A stretch of DNA of 32,000 bases from an uncultured Opitutales bacterium (lineage in GTDB: Bacteria > Verrucomicrobiota > Verrucomicrobiia > Opitutales > Intestinicryptomonadaceae). The stretch covers positions 90,001 through 122,000 of the forward strand of contig CAKTSY010000006.1 of NCBI GenBank assembly GCA_934613415.1. Direction: 5' to 3'. The notes beneath the pieces were generated by a model. That model was not told the DNA's origin. It did not search any database and saw only the letters and a list, made by a program, of their open reading frames with translations. This document shows positions 7,025 through 17,063 of the stretch, piece by piece. The position numbers and the translations under genes are program-made. Within the stretch, counting starts at the first letter, position 1; each line of letters starts with the position of its first letter.

Positions 7025-7951
7025 ATGAAAATGACCCCGCTAAAAAAAGCTTTAATCTTGGCGGTTTCGGCCGCACCAAGCTCGCTTTTCGCCTCCGAAA
7101 GCGTTAAGGGCGAATATATCGACATCTTCGGGGCGCATATCACAAATTCGATGTTTACAACTATTTTGGCGGCCGTTGCCATTGTGCTTTTGCTTAGGCT
7201 TATGATAGGCAAGTCGGCAAAGCTTGTTCCCTCTAGGGGGCAGCTTGTAATAGAAACTTTTATAGACGCGCTTAAAAATATAATGCAACCCATTATGGGC
7301 GGTAGAGCCTTTAAGGCGGCGTTCCCCCTTTTGTTGGGCATTTTCGCCTACATTCTTTTAAATAACTGGAGTTCGCTTTTGCCATTTGTAGGCACTATCT
7401 TCGACATAGAAAGCGTGAAGATTTCGCCCGAGCAGGCATCTCAATTTAAAGACGCAGGCTATGCAATTTCGCAGTGCGGCGACGCGCTTTTTGCAAAAAA
7501 GTTCGTTCCCCTTTTTAAGCCCGCAAATTCCGACTTAAATTCTACATTGGCGTTGGCTATAATCTCTTTTGTGGCGTGGTTTTACTACGTTATGCGCTAC
7601 GCTGGGCCCAAGGCGTTGTATAAAGACTGGTTTGGCAACAAAGCAAACCGCGCCGAAGTTAACGCCCCCTTTTACTTTGCAATGTTCGGCATATTCTTCT
7701 TTGTGGGCTGCGTAGAGGTTATCTCGGCGGTTATGCGCATTGTTTCGCTTTCGTTCAGGCTTTTCGGCAACAACTTCGGCGGCGAAAGCCTTATGGCGAA
7801 CATGTCGGAAATGTTTATTTCGTTCCCCTTCTATTTTTTGGAGCTTTTGGTGGGCTTGGTTCAGGCGGCAATATTCACATTGCTTACCGCAATATACATA
7901 GGCCTTATAACCGGACACGAAGAAGCTTCGCACGAACAGATTTCACATTAA
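7025..7951 (+). CDS. atpB: F0F1 ATP synthase subunit a
   Basis: A 308-aa polytopic ORF with the essential-Arg motif SFRLFGNNFGGE and PANSDLNSTLALAI preceding TM3. It has a signal-like N-terminus and a longer than usual loop after TM2. It is the first gene of the atpBEFHAGDC order. Confidence 0.93.
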   Translation: MKMTPLKKALILAVSAAPSSLFASESVKGEYIDIFGAHITNSMFTTILAAVAIVLLLRLMIGKSAKLVPSRGQLVIETFIDALKNIMQPIMGGRAFKAAFPLLLGIFAYILLNNWSSLLPFVGTIFDIESVKISPEQASQFKDAGYAISQCGDALFAKKFVPLFKPANSDLNSTLALAIISFVAWFYYVMRYAGPKALYKDWFGNKANRAEVNAPFYFAMFGIFFFVGCVEVISAVMRIVSLSFRLFGNNFGGESLMANMSEMFISFPFYFLELLVGLVQAAIFTLLTAIYIGLITGHEEASHEQISH

Positions 7952-7984
7952 AAAAACCATCATAAAAAAAGAAAGTTAACTATT

Positions 7985-8197
7985 ATGACAAACTTGACAT
8001 TACTTGCCGAAATTACGGGTAGCATACAGGGCGCATTGGGCTGCTTGGGCGCAGCTTTGGGCGTTGCTTTTGTTGGCATGAAGGCGGTAGACGCCGTTGG
8101 CAGAAACCCCGGGGCTTCCGGTAAAATTCTAACCCAGGCCATTTTAGGCATGGCATTGGCCGAAGCCGTTGCCTTCTACGCAATATTCCTTAAATAA
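7985..8197 (+). CDS. atpE: F0F1 ATP synthase subunit c
   Basis: A 70-aa helical hairpin with the polar loop GRNPG and the ion-binding carboxylate E60 in GMALAEAVAFY. Confidence 0.93.
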   Translation: MTNLTLLAEITGSIQGALGCLGAALGVAFVGMKAVDAVGRNPGASGKILTQAILGMALAEAVAFYAIFLK

Positions 8198-8734
8198 TTG
8201 CAAGCCATGCAAGCCGTATTCGCTTCGGGTATAACCGAAATTTGCGACAAATTCGGGGTAAACATTCCCCTTTTGGCGGGCAACTGCATTACATTTTTTG
8301 CGGTTGCGGCTGTGCTGTATTATTTTGTGTTTAAGCCTGTTATGGCGAAATCGGCCGAGCGTATTTCCATTATAGAAAAAGGCCTAAGCGACGCCGAAAA
8401 GGCTAAGGAAGCCTTGGCAAATTCGCAAAAAGATGCCAAAGAAGAATTGGCAAAGGCAGCCCAAAGCGCGGCAAAGATTGTTGCCGACGCAAAGGAAAGC
8501 GCAAACAAGGCGGCCGAAAAAATCGCGCAAGACGCGGCGCAAAAGGCGGCTGCTCTTATTGCCGAATCGGAAAAACGCGCCGAGTTTGAACGCACAAAAA
8601 TGCGCGACGAGCTTATATCAGAATTGGGCGCGCTTGTATCGCAGGCTGCGGCAAGGGCGGTTGCCGACGTATTGAGCGAACAGCAAAAAGCGCAAATAGC
8701 CGAAAAAGCGGCTTCCTACATAGAAAAAGAATAG
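8198..8734 (+). CDS. atpF: F0F1 ATP synthase subunit b
   Basis: One N-terminal TM helix (CITFFAVAAVLYYFVF) followed by a long Ala/Lys/Glu-rich coiled coil. The TTG start at 8198 abuts the atpE stop; an alternative ATG lies at 8207. Confidence 0.88.
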   Translation: MQAMQAVFASGITEICDKFGVNIPLLAGNCITFFAVAAVLYYFVFKPVMAKSAERISIIEKGLSDAEKAKEALANSQKDAKEELAKAAQSAAKIVADAKESANKAAEKIAQDAAQKAAALIAESEKRAEFERTKMRDELISELGALVSQAAARAVADVLSEQQKAQIAEKAASYIEKE

Positions 8735-8737
8735 GCG

Positions 8738-9118
8738 ATGGACGCAAAAAAACAGGCAAAACTTCTCGAAAAATTCGCTCTGGACAAAGACGGATTTTTC
8801 GATTCCGCGAACTGTGCCGAAGTGCTTGCCTACATAGCGGATTCGGATATGAGCGACACAAAAAAAACGGCCATTCTAAAAGAGCTTTTGCGCCTTGCCA
8901 AAAAGAACGAATTTGAAAAAACCTGCACGGTTGAGCACTGCGGCAAAATTAGCGAACAAACAACAAAGTCGCTTATGGATTTTGCCGAAAAAAAACTGGG
9001 CAGGAAACTCCATTTTATAAAACGCGAAAACACCGGGCTTATTGCGGGCGTAAGACTGCGCGCCGCCGATATGCTTTGGGAAAGCTCGGCGCAAAACGCC
9101 CTTAAAACTTTAAAATAA
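8738..9118 (+). CDS. atpH: F0F1 ATP synthase subunit delta (OSCP), short 126-aa form
   Basis: It sits between atpF and atpA. The C-terminal ~65 aa (ISEQTTKSLMDFAEKKLGRKLHFIKRENTGLIAGVRLRAADMLWESSAQNALKTL) align with the E. coli delta C-terminus ([55 protein letters not shown]). The N-terminal region is only about 60 aa. Confidence 0.8.
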   Translation: MDAKKQAKLLEKFALDKDGFFDSANCAEVLAYIADSDMSDTKKTAILKELLRLAKKNEFEKTCTVEHCGKISEQTTKSLMDFAEKKLGRKLHFIKRENTGLIAGVRLRAADMLWESSAQNALKTLK

Positions 9119-9124
9119 ACCAAA

Positions 9125-10660
9125 ATGAGCCAAATTACAAAAGACATTCAAGAGCAAATAAAAAAGATAGAGCTTAAAACCAAGCACGACTGCGTTGGCA
9201 AAGTTCTCTCGATAGCCGACGGCGTTGCCTCGTTAAACGGCTTGGGCAAAGTTATGTACAACGAAATGGTCGAGTTTGAAGGCGGGGCGTTCGGCATGGC
9301 ATTGAATTTGCTTGAAGACAGAACCGACTGCGTAATTTTGGGCGACGCCGATAAAATCAAGGAAGGCGACTCTGCAAAAACAACGGGCAGGCTGCTTAGC
9401 GTTCCCGTAGGCATGGGGCTTTTGGGGCGCGTTGTAGACGTTTTGGGCCGCCCCCTAGACGGCAAGGGCGAAATTAAGGCCGACGAATTTTACCCCGTAG
9501 AAAAGATAGCCCCGGGAATAATCCCCAGAAAGAGCGTAGACCAACCCTTACAAACGGGCATTTTGGCCGTAGATGCAATGATTCCCATTGGCAGGGGCCA
9601 GCGCGAACTTATTATTGGCGACCGCTCGACGGGCAAAACCTCCATTGCAATCGACACAATAATAAATCAGGCAAAGCTAAACAAAGAGGGCCTTGCCAAG
9701 GGCGACAAAGACTTTCGCCCCGTATACTCCATTTATGTGGCAATAGGCCAGAAAAATTCTAACATTGTAAGAACAATTCAACTTTTGGAAAAAAGCGGAG
9801 CGTTAGAATATACAATTGTTGTGGCGGCTGCCGCCTCCGACAACGCGGCAAACCTTTACATTGCCCCCTATGCGGGTTGCGCAATGGGCGAATGGTTTAT
9901 GGAACACGGCAAAGACGCCCTAATCGTTTACGACGATCTTTCGAAGCACGCCGCAGCCTACCGACAAATTTCGCTTATCTTAAAAAGACCTTCGGGCCGC
10001 GAAGCGTACCCTGGCGACGTATTTTATTTGCACAGCCGCCTATTGGAAAGGGCAGCGCGCCTTAACGAAGAAAACGGCTCGGGCTCGCTAACGGCACTTC
10101 CCATAATCGAAACACAGGCAGGCGACGTTAGTGCCTACATTCCCACAAATGTAATTTCTATTACCGACGGCCAAATATTTTTGGAAACCGACCTTTTCAA
10201 CCAAGGCATAAGGCCTGCAATTTCGGTTGGCATTTCGGTTTCGCGCGTAGGGTCGGCGGCACAAATTAAGGCATTTAAGCAGGTTGCAGGCAAAATCAAG
10301 GGCGAATACGCCCAGTATAAGGAATTGGCGGCCTTCGCGCAATTCGGTTCGGATTTGGACGCAAGAACAAAGGCAACCATCGACAAGGGCGACAGGCTTG
10401 TTGAAATACTAAAGCAGTCGAACTCGTCGCCCTACAAAACGGGCCTGCAGATTATAATTTTGTGGGCTTTGCAGAACGACTTTTTTGCCGACTTGCCCGT
10501 AAAAAGCGTGGTGGCAGCTTCCGACAATATGCGCGAATTTTTTGAAGGCCAAAGAGCCGATTTAATAGAAAAAATAGAAACGCAAAAGAAAATTTCCGAC
10601 GAGCTAGCGCAAGAGCTTAAGGAAGCCTGCGCGGTTTGGAAGTCGCAACTTGCAAAGTAG
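9125..10660 (+). CDS. atpA: F0F1 ATP synthase subunit alpha
   Basis: A 511-aa ORF with Walker [10 protein letters not shown], the typical alpha blocks [22 protein letters not shown] and [25 protein letters not shown]. Confidence 0.97.
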   Translation: MSQITKDIQEQIKKIELKTKHDCVGKVLSIADGVASLNGLGKVMYNEMVEFEGGAFGMALNLLEDRTDCVILGDADKIKEGDSAKTTGRLLSVPVGMGLLGRVVDVLGRPLDGKGEIKADEFYPVEKIAPGIIPRKSVDQPLQTGILAVDAMIPIGRGQRELIIGDRSTGKTSIAIDTIINQAKLNKEGLAKGDKDFRPVYSIYVAIGQKNSNIVRTIQLLEKSGALEYTIVVAAAASDNAANLYIAPYAGCAMGEWFMEHGKDALIVYDDLSKHAAAYRQISLILKRPSGREAYPGDVFYLHSRLLERAARLNEENGSGSLTALPIIETQAGDVSAYIPTNVISITDGQIFLETDLFNQGIRPAISVGISVSRVGSAAQIKAFKQVAGKIKGEYAQYKELAAFAQFGSDLDARTKATIDKGDRLVEILKQSNSSPYKTGLQIIILWALQNDFFADLPVKSVVAASDNMREFFEGQRADLIEKIETQKKISDELAQELKEACAVWKSQLAK

Positions 10661-10669
10661 TTTTTTGTT

Positions 10670-11560
10670 ATGAAAGGCATGCGAGAAATACGAAGCCGCA
10701 TTAAGGCGGTGAAAAGCACGGGGCAAATAACCCATGCCATGCAGTTGGTTGCGTCTTCTAAAATGAAGCGCGCCCAACAGCTTGCGCAGGCAGGCCGCGC
10801 CTACAATATGCTTTTGCTCGACATGATGGACACTTTAAACGAAATGGGAGCATCTAAGGGCTACGACTACCCCATGCTTAAACCGCGCGAGGTAAAAAAG
10901 CGTTTGGTTATAGTGTTTTCTACCGACAAGGGGCTGTGCGGCCCGCTAAATTCCAACCTGTTTAAGGAAATTGCAGCCATGGGCAAAAACTGCGCTTTTA
11001 TAGCCATTGGCAATAAGGCGGCAAGGTTTTTGTCGGCAACAAAGCGCGAGCTTTTGGCGCACTTTAATATCAGCGACAAAGTAAAGTTTTCGGAGCTAAA
11101 AAGCGTGGTAGATTTTGCAATTTCGGAATACACAAACGGAAATTGCGACACAATAGAAGTTTTGTATCCGAACTTTATAAACACGCTTAAGCAGGACACC
11201 ACTTTGCAGAAGATTGTCCCCATAGACAATTTCGACGAACTTCTCGGCTCTTTTAAGAAAAAATATAAGTCTACCCTTACTTTACACGACAAGGACGACC
11301 GGGAGCTTTTAATAGAGCCCTCGCCCAAAGAATTGTTTAAGAAGCTTGGCATTTACTATGTAAGGAACACAATCTACCAAGTGGCGTTAAATGCAAAAGC
11401 AAGCGAGCAGTCGGCAAGAATGGTGTCGATGAAAGCCGCCTCCGACAACGCCGACAACCTTATTGCCGAGCTTTCGCTTCAATACAACAAGGCCCGACAG
11501 GAAAGCATTACAAACGAAATTGTAGAGCTTTCGGCGGGAATGACCCAATCGAAAAAATAA
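10670..11560 (+). CDS. atpG: F0F1 ATP synthase subunit gamma
   Basis: A 296-aa ORF with the N-terminal helix IRSRIKAVKSTGQITHAMQLVASSKM and the C-terminal helix ARQESITNEIVELSAG. Confidence 0.95.
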   Translation: MKGMREIRSRIKAVKSTGQITHAMQLVASSKMKRAQQLAQAGRAYNMLLLDMMDTLNEMGASKGYDYPMLKPREVKKRLVIVFSTDKGLCGPLNSNLFKEIAAMGKNCAFIAIGNKAARFLSATKRELLAHFNISDKVKFSELKSVVDFAISEYTNGNCDTIEVLYPNFINTLKQDTTLQKIVPIDNFDELLGSFKKKYKSTLTLHDKDDRELLIEPSPKELFKKLGIYYVRNTIYQVALNAKASEQSARMVSMKAASDNADNLIAELSLQYNKARQESITNEIVELSAGMTQSKK

Positions 11561-13000
<1,440 letters not shown>

Positions 13001-13003
13001 AAA

Positions 13004-13420
13004 ATGGCGTTGAAACTTGAAATTGTAAGCCCTACGGGCATTGCCTGGGAAAACGATTCGGTTGAATCGGTTACTTTGCCGCTTGTAGACGGCGAAATTC
13101 AGGTTTTGCCGGGGCATATCCCCTTTTTGGCCATGCTAGACTCGGGTGCGTTATCGGTAAACTTTAACGGCAAAACCGAAGATTTGGCCGTAGACAGGGG
13201 CTTTGTGCGCCTTAGCGGCAACCTGCTTTCGGTGCTTACCGAAAATGCCATTAAGTTCGACGATATAGACCCCGACGCCGTGCAAAACGCCAAGGCCGCG
13301 GCGCAAAAGGCGTTGGAAGAGGCAAAAAACCGCCCCGATTTAGACCCCGAAGAAGTCGAAAAACTTGAGGCCGCCGTAAAGTTTGCAATGGTGAAACTTG
13401 CAAACAAAAAGAGGCGTTAA
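13004..13420 (+). CDS. atpC: F0F1 ATP synthase subunit epsilon
   Basis: A 138-aa ORF with an N-terminal beta-sandwich (LEIVSPTG...VTLPLVDGEIQVLPGHIP) and a C-terminal helical hairpin. It is the last gene of the operon. Confidence 0.92.
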   Translation: MALKLEIVSPTGIAWENDSVESVTLPLVDGEIQVLPGHIPFLAMLDSGALSVNFNGKTEDLAVDRGFVRLSGNLLSVLTENAIKFDDIDPDAVQNAKAAAQKALEEAKNRPDLDPEEVEKLEAAVKFAMVKLANKKRR

Positions 13421-13429
13421 AATAAAAGC

Positions 13430-13457
13430 TTGACGCAACGGCTTTTAAACCTACATT
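13430..13457 (+). promoter_or_regulatory. candidate sigma70-type promoter for rpmF(-plsX-fabH)
   Basis: TTGACG (13430-13435), a 16-nt spacer, then TACATT (13452-13457), with an A-rich stretch upstream. It lies about 35 nt upstream of the rpmF ATG. Confidence 0.45.
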
Positions 13458-13491
13458 CAAATAGCTTTAAAATTTACAAACAGGACAAACT

Positions 13492-13671
13492 ATGGGACAA
13501 CCAAAACGCAAACAATCGAAACAGCGCACAAGAATCAGACGCGCTGCCAACAACTACGACCTGCCCGAATTCTCGAAAGACCCGACCGACGGCACAATGT
13601 TCAAACCCCACAGGGTTAATCCCGCAAACGGAATGTACCGCGGCAAGCAGGTTATAAGCACAAAGGTATAA
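13492..13671 (+). CDS. rpmF: 50S ribosomal protein L32
   Basis: Hand translation gives MGQPKRKQSKQRTRIRRAANNYDLPEFSKDPTDGTMFKPHRVNPANGMYRGKQVISTKV (59 aa, TAA at 13669-13671). The PKRKxSKxR N-terminus is diagnostic of L32, and the position upstream of plsX is classical. It falls below the length cutoff of the ORF track. Confidence 0.9.
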   Translation: MGQPKRKQSKQRTRIRRAANNYDLPEFSKDPTDGTMFKPHRVNPANGMYRGKQVISTKV

Positions 13672-13692
13672 CTTAAAACAACCTAAGTTTTT

Positions 13693-13747
13693 AGCGGGTG
13701 TTGCTTTGCGGTTTTAAAGCTTCAATAGCAATGCCCGCTTTTAATTT
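13693..13747 (+). terminator. strand-specific hairpin / partial terminator between rpmF and plsX
   Basis: A 13-bp stem pairs AGCGGGTGTTGCT (13693-13705) with AGCAATGCCCGCT (13727-13739). It includes two G-U wobbles that are valid only in the + transcript. The loop is 21 nt and TTTTAATTT follows. Confidence 0.5.
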
Positions 13748-13770
13748 AAACAAAACTCTTTCTTTGCATT

Positions 13771-14820
13771 ATGGGCGATAACGAAATAAGAATCGCGGTA
13801 GACGCTATGGGTTCGGACATGGGGCCCGAAGAAGTTATCGCAGGGGTTTCGATGTTCCTTAAGGAGTATAAAGACCCCGTAAAAATAATATTGGCCGGCA
13901 TAGAAAGCGAAATTGCGCCCATTGCGCAAAAAAACGGCATAGGCAACTTGGTAGAATTTTTGGACGCGCCCGAAGTTGTAAGCATGGAAGACAAACCTAT
14001 GCTTACTTTAAAGCGCAAGAAAAATTCGTCTATGCATATGGCCATAGACTACCTTAAAGAAAAGAAGGCAAACGCCCTTTTAAGCTGCGGAAACACGGGC
14101 GCGCTTATGGCAGGGGGCACTTTAAAACTTCGCCCAATGAAGGGGGTAGAACGCCCGGCATTGGGCTCGGTAATTCCCTCGAAAGACCGCAGGTTTATTA
14201 TGATAGACGTTGGGGCAAACCCCAACCCGCGCGAATTGCACTATTTAAGCAACGCCGTTTTGGGCGCAAACTACGCAAAAATTGCCCTTAAAATAGAAAA
14301 TCCAAAAGTAGGCCTTTTGACAATCGGCACAGAAGAGGGAAAAGGAAACGAAATCGTGCAAAAAGCGCACGAAATTTTAAAGAAAACCGCCCCCCTTATA
14401 AACCTAAACTATGCGGGGCCCGTAGAGGGTTTTCAGGTTTTTGGCGGAGACTGCGACGTTATTGTATGCGATGGCTTTACGGGCAACATTCTTTTAAAGA
14501 GTTGCGAGGGGCTTTTAAAAACGCTCGGCTCGCTTTTAAAGGAAGAGCTTACAAAAAACATTTTCAGAAAAATCGGGGCCGCCGTTTGCATGGGCGCGTT
14601 TAAGGCGATGAAGGCGAGAATACCCGTAGAAAAAGTTTCGGGCGCGCCTCTTTTGGGCTTAAACGAGCTTATCATTAAAGGTCATGGCTCCAGCAACCGA
14701 CACCAAATTTGCGGAGCGTTAAACGTTTGCGCGCAATGCGTTAAAAACTCCCTAATAGATTCGATTAAGCAGGACATAGACAGCATTTCAAAAATATTAA
14801 ATCCGAATTCGGACGACTGA
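13771..14820 (+). CDS. plsX: phosphate acyltransferase PlsX
   Basis: A 349-aa ORF with IAVDAMGSDMGP, CGNTGALMA, GFTGNILLK and IKGHGSS. It sits in an rpmF-plsX-fabH arrangement. Confidence 0.95.
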   Translation: MGDNEIRIAVDAMGSDMGPEEVIAGVSMFLKEYKDPVKIILAGIESEIAPIAQKNGIGNLVEFLDAPEVVSMEDKPMLTLKRKKNSSMHMAIDYLKEKKANALLSCGNTGALMAGGTLKLRPMKGVERPALGSVIPSKDRRFIMIDVGANPNPRELHYLSNAVLGANYAKIALKIENPKVGLLTIGTEEGKGNEIVQKAHEILKKTAPLINLNYAGPVEGFQVFGGDCDVIVCDGFTGNILLKSCEGLLKTLGSLLKEELTKNIFRKIGAAVCMGAFKAMKARIPVEKVSGAPLLGLNELIIKGHGSSNRHQICGALNVCAQCVKNSLIDSIKQDIDSISKILNPNSDD

Positions 14821-15821
14821 TGGTTAACGACTTATATTCAGTAATCATTGCGGGAACGGGCTCTTATGTCCCCCAAAAAATCGTAACAAATTTCGACTTG
14901 GAAAAGATTGTCGACACCTCCGACCAATGGATTTACGAAAGGTCGGGCATAAAGGAAAGGCGCATTGCCGAAAAGGACGAAGCAGCTTCGGATATGGCGC
15001 TAAAGGCGGCAAAAAATGCGTTGATAGACGCAAACATTACAGCCGAAGAAATAGACTTGGTTATTGTAACAACCGTTACCCCCGATATGGCGTTTCCGTC
15101 TACGGCGTGCCTATTGCAGGCAAAGCTTGGCATACGCAACAACATTGCCTGTTTCGATGTTTCGGCAGCGTGCTCGGGCTTTGTTTACGGGGTTGAAGTT
15201 GCCTCTAAAATGATGCTTTCGGGGCTATACAAAAACGCATTGGTTGTTGCCTCCGAAAAACTTTCGTCTATTCTCGACTGGCAAGATCGCAACACCTGCG
15301 TGCTTTTTGGAGACGGCGCGGGTGCCGTTGTGCTTCGCACCGAGGAAAAAAACCGCTACGGAATTATGGGGTCGGTTTTGGGAGCCGACGGCTCTAGAAC
15401 GGTAAAGCTTGAACTCCCCGCAGGCGGCAGCCTTATTCCGGCAACCGAGCAAAGCGTAAAAGACAGGTTGCACTTTATAAAGATGGACGGCCGCGAAGTA
15501 TTTAAAAACGCAGTAAGAATTATGCAGGAAAAGGCGTTTGAAGTTTGCAACTTATGCGGAATAAAACCCGAAGACATAAACCTGCTTATTCCCCATCAGG
15601 CAAATATGCGCATAATAGAAAGCGTGGCAAAACGCCTGCATATCGAAAGGGAAAGAATATTTGTAAACATAGAAAAATATGCAAACACATCTTCGGCGTC
15701 CATACCCATTGCTTTAGACGAGGCAAAAAAATCAGGCATGCTTAATACCGACGACATTCTTTTGTTTGTCGCTTTCGGTGCGGGCTTGACGTGGGGCGCA
15801 ACTTTGATTAGATGGAAATAA
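14820..15821 (+). CDS. fabH: 3-oxoacyl-ACP synthase III
   Basis: A 333-aa ORF with catalytic triad contexts AACSGF, PHQANMRI and AFGAGLTWGA. Its start overlaps the plsX stop by 1 nt. Confidence 0.95.
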   Translation: MVNDLYSVIIAGTGSYVPQKIVTNFDLEKIVDTSDQWIYERSGIKERRIAEKDEAASDMALKAAKNALIDANITAEEIDLVIVTTVTPDMAFPSTACLLQAKLGIRNNIACFDVSAACSGFVYGVEVASKMMLSGLYKNALVVASEKLSSILDWQDRNTCVLFGDGAGAVVLRTEEKNRYGIMGSVLGADGSRTVKLELPAGGSLIPATEQSVKDRLHFIKMDGREVFKNAVRIMQEKAFEVCNLCGIKPEDINLLIPHQANMRIIESVAKRLHIERERIFVNIEKYANTSSASIPIALDEAKKSGMLNTDDILLFVAFGAGLTWGATLIRWK

Positions 15822-15828
15822 TAGTTTT

Positions 15829-17049
15829 ATGAAAAAATTTTTTAAATGTGCGATAACCGCCCTCGCCTTTTGCGCGTTCTGCCAAAACCCCTTTGCCGAC
15901 TTGGTTTGGACAAAGGACAAGGGCTGGCAGATTCAAGGCGGCGTTCTCGCCAAAGTTATGGGCGAAAACACCAATTTAGAAAACGCCCTGCAGGGAATGA
16001 ATTTGGCTAAAAAAGCCCAAAACGAAGAAAGCTACGGGCAGGCATTGGCATTATACCAAGTGGTAGTTTCAGACTATCCCAACTCTATTTTCGCGCCCGA
16101 AGCCTATTGCCAAATGGGCATTATCTATACAAAAAGGCACCAGTGGGAACTGGCAAACGAGTGCTTTCAAACCATAATACAAAAATACCCAGACTACCCC
16201 AATTTCAACCAAATTATAGGGCGTCAATACGAAGTTGCATCGCTTATACAAAGCGGCGAGCACCCTTATTTGTGGGGTTGGTTCCCGTGGTTTTTAAACT
16301 ATAAAGACGCAATTAAGATTTACGAAGACGTAATTTCGAACGCCCCGTATTCGGAATATGCGCCCATGGCGCTTATGAATATTTCGCTTTGCGCGCAAAG
16401 CAACGGCGAGCCCGAAACTTCTATAGACGCGCTAGACAGGCTTATTAACGTATATCCTAAAAGCGACTTGGTGCCCGATGCGTATTTGCAGCTGGCAAAA
16501 ACCTACCGCAATATGGTTGAAGGCCCGCACTATGACCAAACCCCCACAAAAGAAGCCATTGCATTTTACCAAGACTACATAATTCTTTTCCCCAACGAAA
16601 AAGATTCGGTTCACGCCGAAAACGGTCTTTACGTTATGCAAGACACTTTGGCGCGCAGCCGCCTTATTATGGGCGACTTTTACTATTTTTACCGCACCGA
16701 CAACACGGCGGCGGCGGTGTTCTACAACGAAGCCATTACCCTTGCCCCCAAAAGCCCCGCGGCAGACTTGGCAAGAGAGCAGCTAAAGCTTATTGCCGAA
16801 GGCGAAATTGCGCCTATGACCCCAGTAGACTGGGTTTTTGGCCGCTACGAGAAGCCCGCTGTAGATACATTTGAAGACGAAACCAAAGTCGAGAAAATGC
16901 AAACCGAAAAGTTCTCGGAAATTCAAGACGAGGTATTCGAAGCCGAAGCAAAGGCATTCGACAAAAACGAAAGCAACAAAAAAGCCCCCGTCGAGTTTGT
17001 GCCGCTTTTGCCCGAAACAAACGAAGAGGGCTTTGTCGACCAACCCTAG
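15829..17049 (+). CDS. BamD/YfiO-like TPR outer-membrane assembly protein with acidic C-terminal extension
   Basis: A 406-aa ORF with a signal peptide (MKKFFKCAITALAFCAFCQNPFA). It has repeated YPNS/YPDY/YPKS...A-Y TPR-like units typical of BamD (e.g. VVSDYPNSIFAPEAYCQMGIIY, IIQKYPDYPNF, LINVYPKSDLVPDAYLQLAKTY). The tail is Glu/Lys-rich. Confidence 0.6.
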   Translation: MKKFFKCAITALAFCAFCQNPFADLVWTKDKGWQIQGGVLAKVMGENTNLENALQGMNLAKKAQNEESYGQALALYQVVVSDYPNSIFAPEAYCQMGIIYTKRHQWELANECFQTIIQKYPDYPNFNQIIGRQYEVASLIQSGEHPYLWGWFPWFLNYKDAIKIYEDVISNAPYSEYAPMALMNISLCAQSNGEPETSIDALDRLINVYPKSDLVPDAYLQLAKTYRNMVEGPHYDQTPTKEAIAFYQDYIILFPNEKDSVHAENGLYVMQDTLARSRLIMGDFYYFYRTDNTAAAVFYNEAITLAPKSPAADLAREQLKLIAEGEIAPMTPVDWVFGRYEKPAVDTFEDETKVEKMQTEKFSEIQDEVFEAEAKAFDKNESNKKAPVEFVPLLPETNEEGFVDQP

Positions 17050-17063
17050 TTAGCTGAATTATT

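Noticed and set aside
7985-8197. The possibility of a Na+-translocating c-ring. A Tyr sits five residues after the carboxylate, as in Na+-binding c subunits, and only 10 residues follow E60 (a short C-terminal helix).
   Set aside because: The Na+ signature also needs a Gln in helix 1 and Ser/Thr immediately after the Glu. Here the sequence is E-A-V-A, and no helix-1 Gln is at the matching position, so an H+ type is expected. Ten hydrophobic residues after the Glu are still enough to span the half bilayer.
8400-8700. A repetitive GCN/AAR-rich DNA stretch that looked like a tandem repeat.
   Set aside because: It encodes the Ala/Lys/Glu-rich coiled-coil of ATP synthase subunit b. The repetition is at the level of amino-acid composition, and I could not find an exact nucleotide repeat unit.
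13430-13657. A 75-aa ORF from the track lying between atpC and plsX.
   Set aside because: It is in a different frame from the clearly recognisable rpmF (13492-13671), which explains the coding signal. Its translation (MTQRLLNLHSNSFKIYKQ...) has no family features, and it would begin inside the predicted promoter.
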